From Isurus oxyrinchus (Eukaryota), in contig JANJGN010000052.1 of NCBI GenBank assembly GCA_026770705.1, positions 1,364,001-1,428,000 on the forward strand: a stretch of DNA of 64,000 nt. The letters run 5' to 3'. A model generated the notes under the pieces. It was not told the DNA's origin. It worked only from the letters and a program-made list of their open reading frames with translations, and made no database searches. Shown here in pieces: positions 62,101-64,000 of the stretch. Made by a program: the position numbers and the translations under genes. Within the stretch, counting starts at the first letter, position 1; the number at the start of each line of letters is the position of its first letter.

Positions 62101-64000
62101 TGTTGGGTGGAAGACTGGCTTCACTAAGGGGAAGTGGTAGCAGAGAGGTATTGTCACTGGGCTAGTATTCCAGAGGCCCAGGGTGATGCTCTGGGGCCCT
62201 GGGTGTGAATCCTATCACAGCAGATGAATGGGATTAAAAAGCCTGGTTCACTGATCACCTGTAGGGAAGGAAATCTGCCACCCTTACCCAGTCTGGCGTA
62301 CATGTCACTCCAAACCCACAGCAATGTGGTTGATTCTTAAATGCCTCTGATGGACATGGGATGGGCAATAAATCCCATGAATGAATAATTTGAAAAAAAG
62401 CTAAACTGGGTCCTGAGGACCATGAGCCAATGTAGAATGAACTTGTCCACTCCTGCATCCAGGATTCTCTTCCATCCATTGTGAAACCTTGAGGAGTTCC
62501 TTGTGTGTCCTGTAGATGGTCCACACTGCAGCCAATGTGCCCCAGTGATGGAGGAAGTGGATATCAAGTCTAGTGGATCGAAAAAACATCCAGAATTAAG
62601 TATTGATATTTCTCTCCACAGTTGGACTGTCACAAGAGTGGAAAGGTGACACTCCACAACAGGTGACAGCGCAGGAAGGTTCGTGTACACAGATTCCATG
62701 TCATTACAGTTATCCATCACATTTGGAAAAGCAACCACGAGTTGGAATCTGGTTTAATAATGAGGAATGGAGAACATCGTCTATAGCCTTTCACTCCAAG
62801 GATCACAGTCACGAGTTACCACGGTTCCACCATCGGACCCGGCTGTCTGGAGACCTGAAAGATGGTGACTGTTCCCTGATTATAAACAACATCAGACGGG
62901 AAGATGCAGGACCTTATTTTTTCAGAATAGAATTTGACAGCAGAAATAAATACAGCTACTATCCTGTAACCCAGCTTCACGTTTCTGGTAAGTGCTGTGT
63001 TATAATTACTCAACAATTCACTTTCAACTCTCAATGGGAAATAACACAAACTGTGACGTTTACATATTAACACAAAACACAGCTTATTATAACACACTGT
63101 CTGATTCTCAATAACCTGCTGATAGCTTCCAGTTCAGTCCGAAAGCAACGTCTAATACTCACTTTAATATCAATGATTAAAAGCATTAACTGTATTATCA
63201 GGTTATCCACTCCCATCAATCTCTCCTGTCCTGTTTAAAAGTCTGACTTATCGATAAAAGAAAGATGTGCATTTCTGCTGCGCAATTTACCACCTCAGGA
63301 GGATCCAAATCCCTTCACAGCCAATGAAATTATTCCTGAATTGTAGTCACAGATGTTAAACACAGCAGGCAGTTTGTGCACAGCAAGATCCAACAAACCA
63401 CAAGGTGATAAATCACCCAGATCACTGAGGAAATGAGAAGCCAGTGAACTCAAACCTCTGGTCTGATGAAGAGTCATACGGACTCGAAACGTTAACCCTG
63501 TCTTCCTCTCCACTGATACTGTCAGACCTGCTGAGTCTTTCCAGCAATTTTTGTTTTTGTTTCAGATTTCCAGCATCCGCAGTATTCTGCTTTTAACTCC
63601 AATCTCTGGTCTGAGCCTCTTCTCTCATCCAGTGTTCTCAATTCACATGTCTCGGAGTGAACGTGTATTAAGCTGAGAGACAGAAACACTACTGCCAAAG
63701 AGCAAGAAAATCTTTCCTGATCATTGTAACCTCTCAGTTCTGATATCATCCTTGTAAAAGTGCTTTCTCTTGTGGGACTGTGATTTCTATTTGAACTGAT
63801 GCTTCACGTTATATTTCTCTAAAAGGATCCATTCTCTGTCTGTTAGATTTCACAGATAAACCCACGATATTCCCTGCTGAAATTATTGCAGGAAAGCGTG
63901 TGGATGTAAGCTGCACCTTCAACACAACGTGCAATGGAACAGCAGCACCTGTCTTAACCTGGGACACTCCCACTGACGTACCTGGATCAGTCTCAAACAC
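59124..64000 (+). CDS. Gene D: Siglec-like receptor, L-V-C2... (runs off the right edge)
   Basis: Leader 59124-59163 (MIRKSYFLLSLLQ), V 62622-62987, C2 from 63847; open frame throughout. Confidence 0.8.
62622..62987 (+). CDS. Gene D V-set exon (single V, canonical Siglec residues)
   Basis: 366 nt, phase 1-1, GSCTQIPC...DCSL...REDAGPYFFRIEFDSRNKYSYYP. Confidence 0.9.
63847..64000 (+). CDS. Gene D first C2-set exon (partial)
   Basis: AG 63845-63846, DFTDKPTIFPAEIIAGKRVDVSCTFNTTCNG. Confidence 0.85.

Overview
Vertebrate genomic DNA with split genes. The repeat landscape (CR1/L2 and RTE LINEs, Penelope-like GIY-YIG elements, Gypsy relics, 33/37/43-bp minisatellites) suggests a cartilaginous fish; this is an inference. 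The window holds a recently duplicated cluster of Siglec-like (CD33/MAG-type) Ig-superfamily receptor genes in a head-to-head inverted duplication. Gene A (minus, 4609-18237): leader-V-V-V-C2-[deleted C2]-C2-TM-tail. Gene B (plus, 34243-54755): leader-V-V-C2-C2-C2-TM-tail. Both have an uncharged TM and LLYANP/TEYAQI tyrosine motifs. Pseudogene C (plus, 25745-30300) ends in a short TM exon, missed by the ORF track, with an intramembrane Arg and a tyrosine-free tail, i.e. an activating-type receptor. Gene D (plus, from 59124, off the right edge) is the intact paralog of C as far as visible. Gene E (minus, leader 197-236) runs off the left edge. Main leads: (i) an apparent paired inhibitory/activating Siglec system with gene-conversion mosaics; (ii) stacked V-set domains whose internal copies carry a new BC-loop cysteine, predicted to form V-V disulfides; (iii) loss of the essential Arg in gene B V1 and of a structural Cys in gene A V1. 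Gene models were spliced by eye from GT-AG sites and phase. Two N-gaps lie inside introns of A and B.
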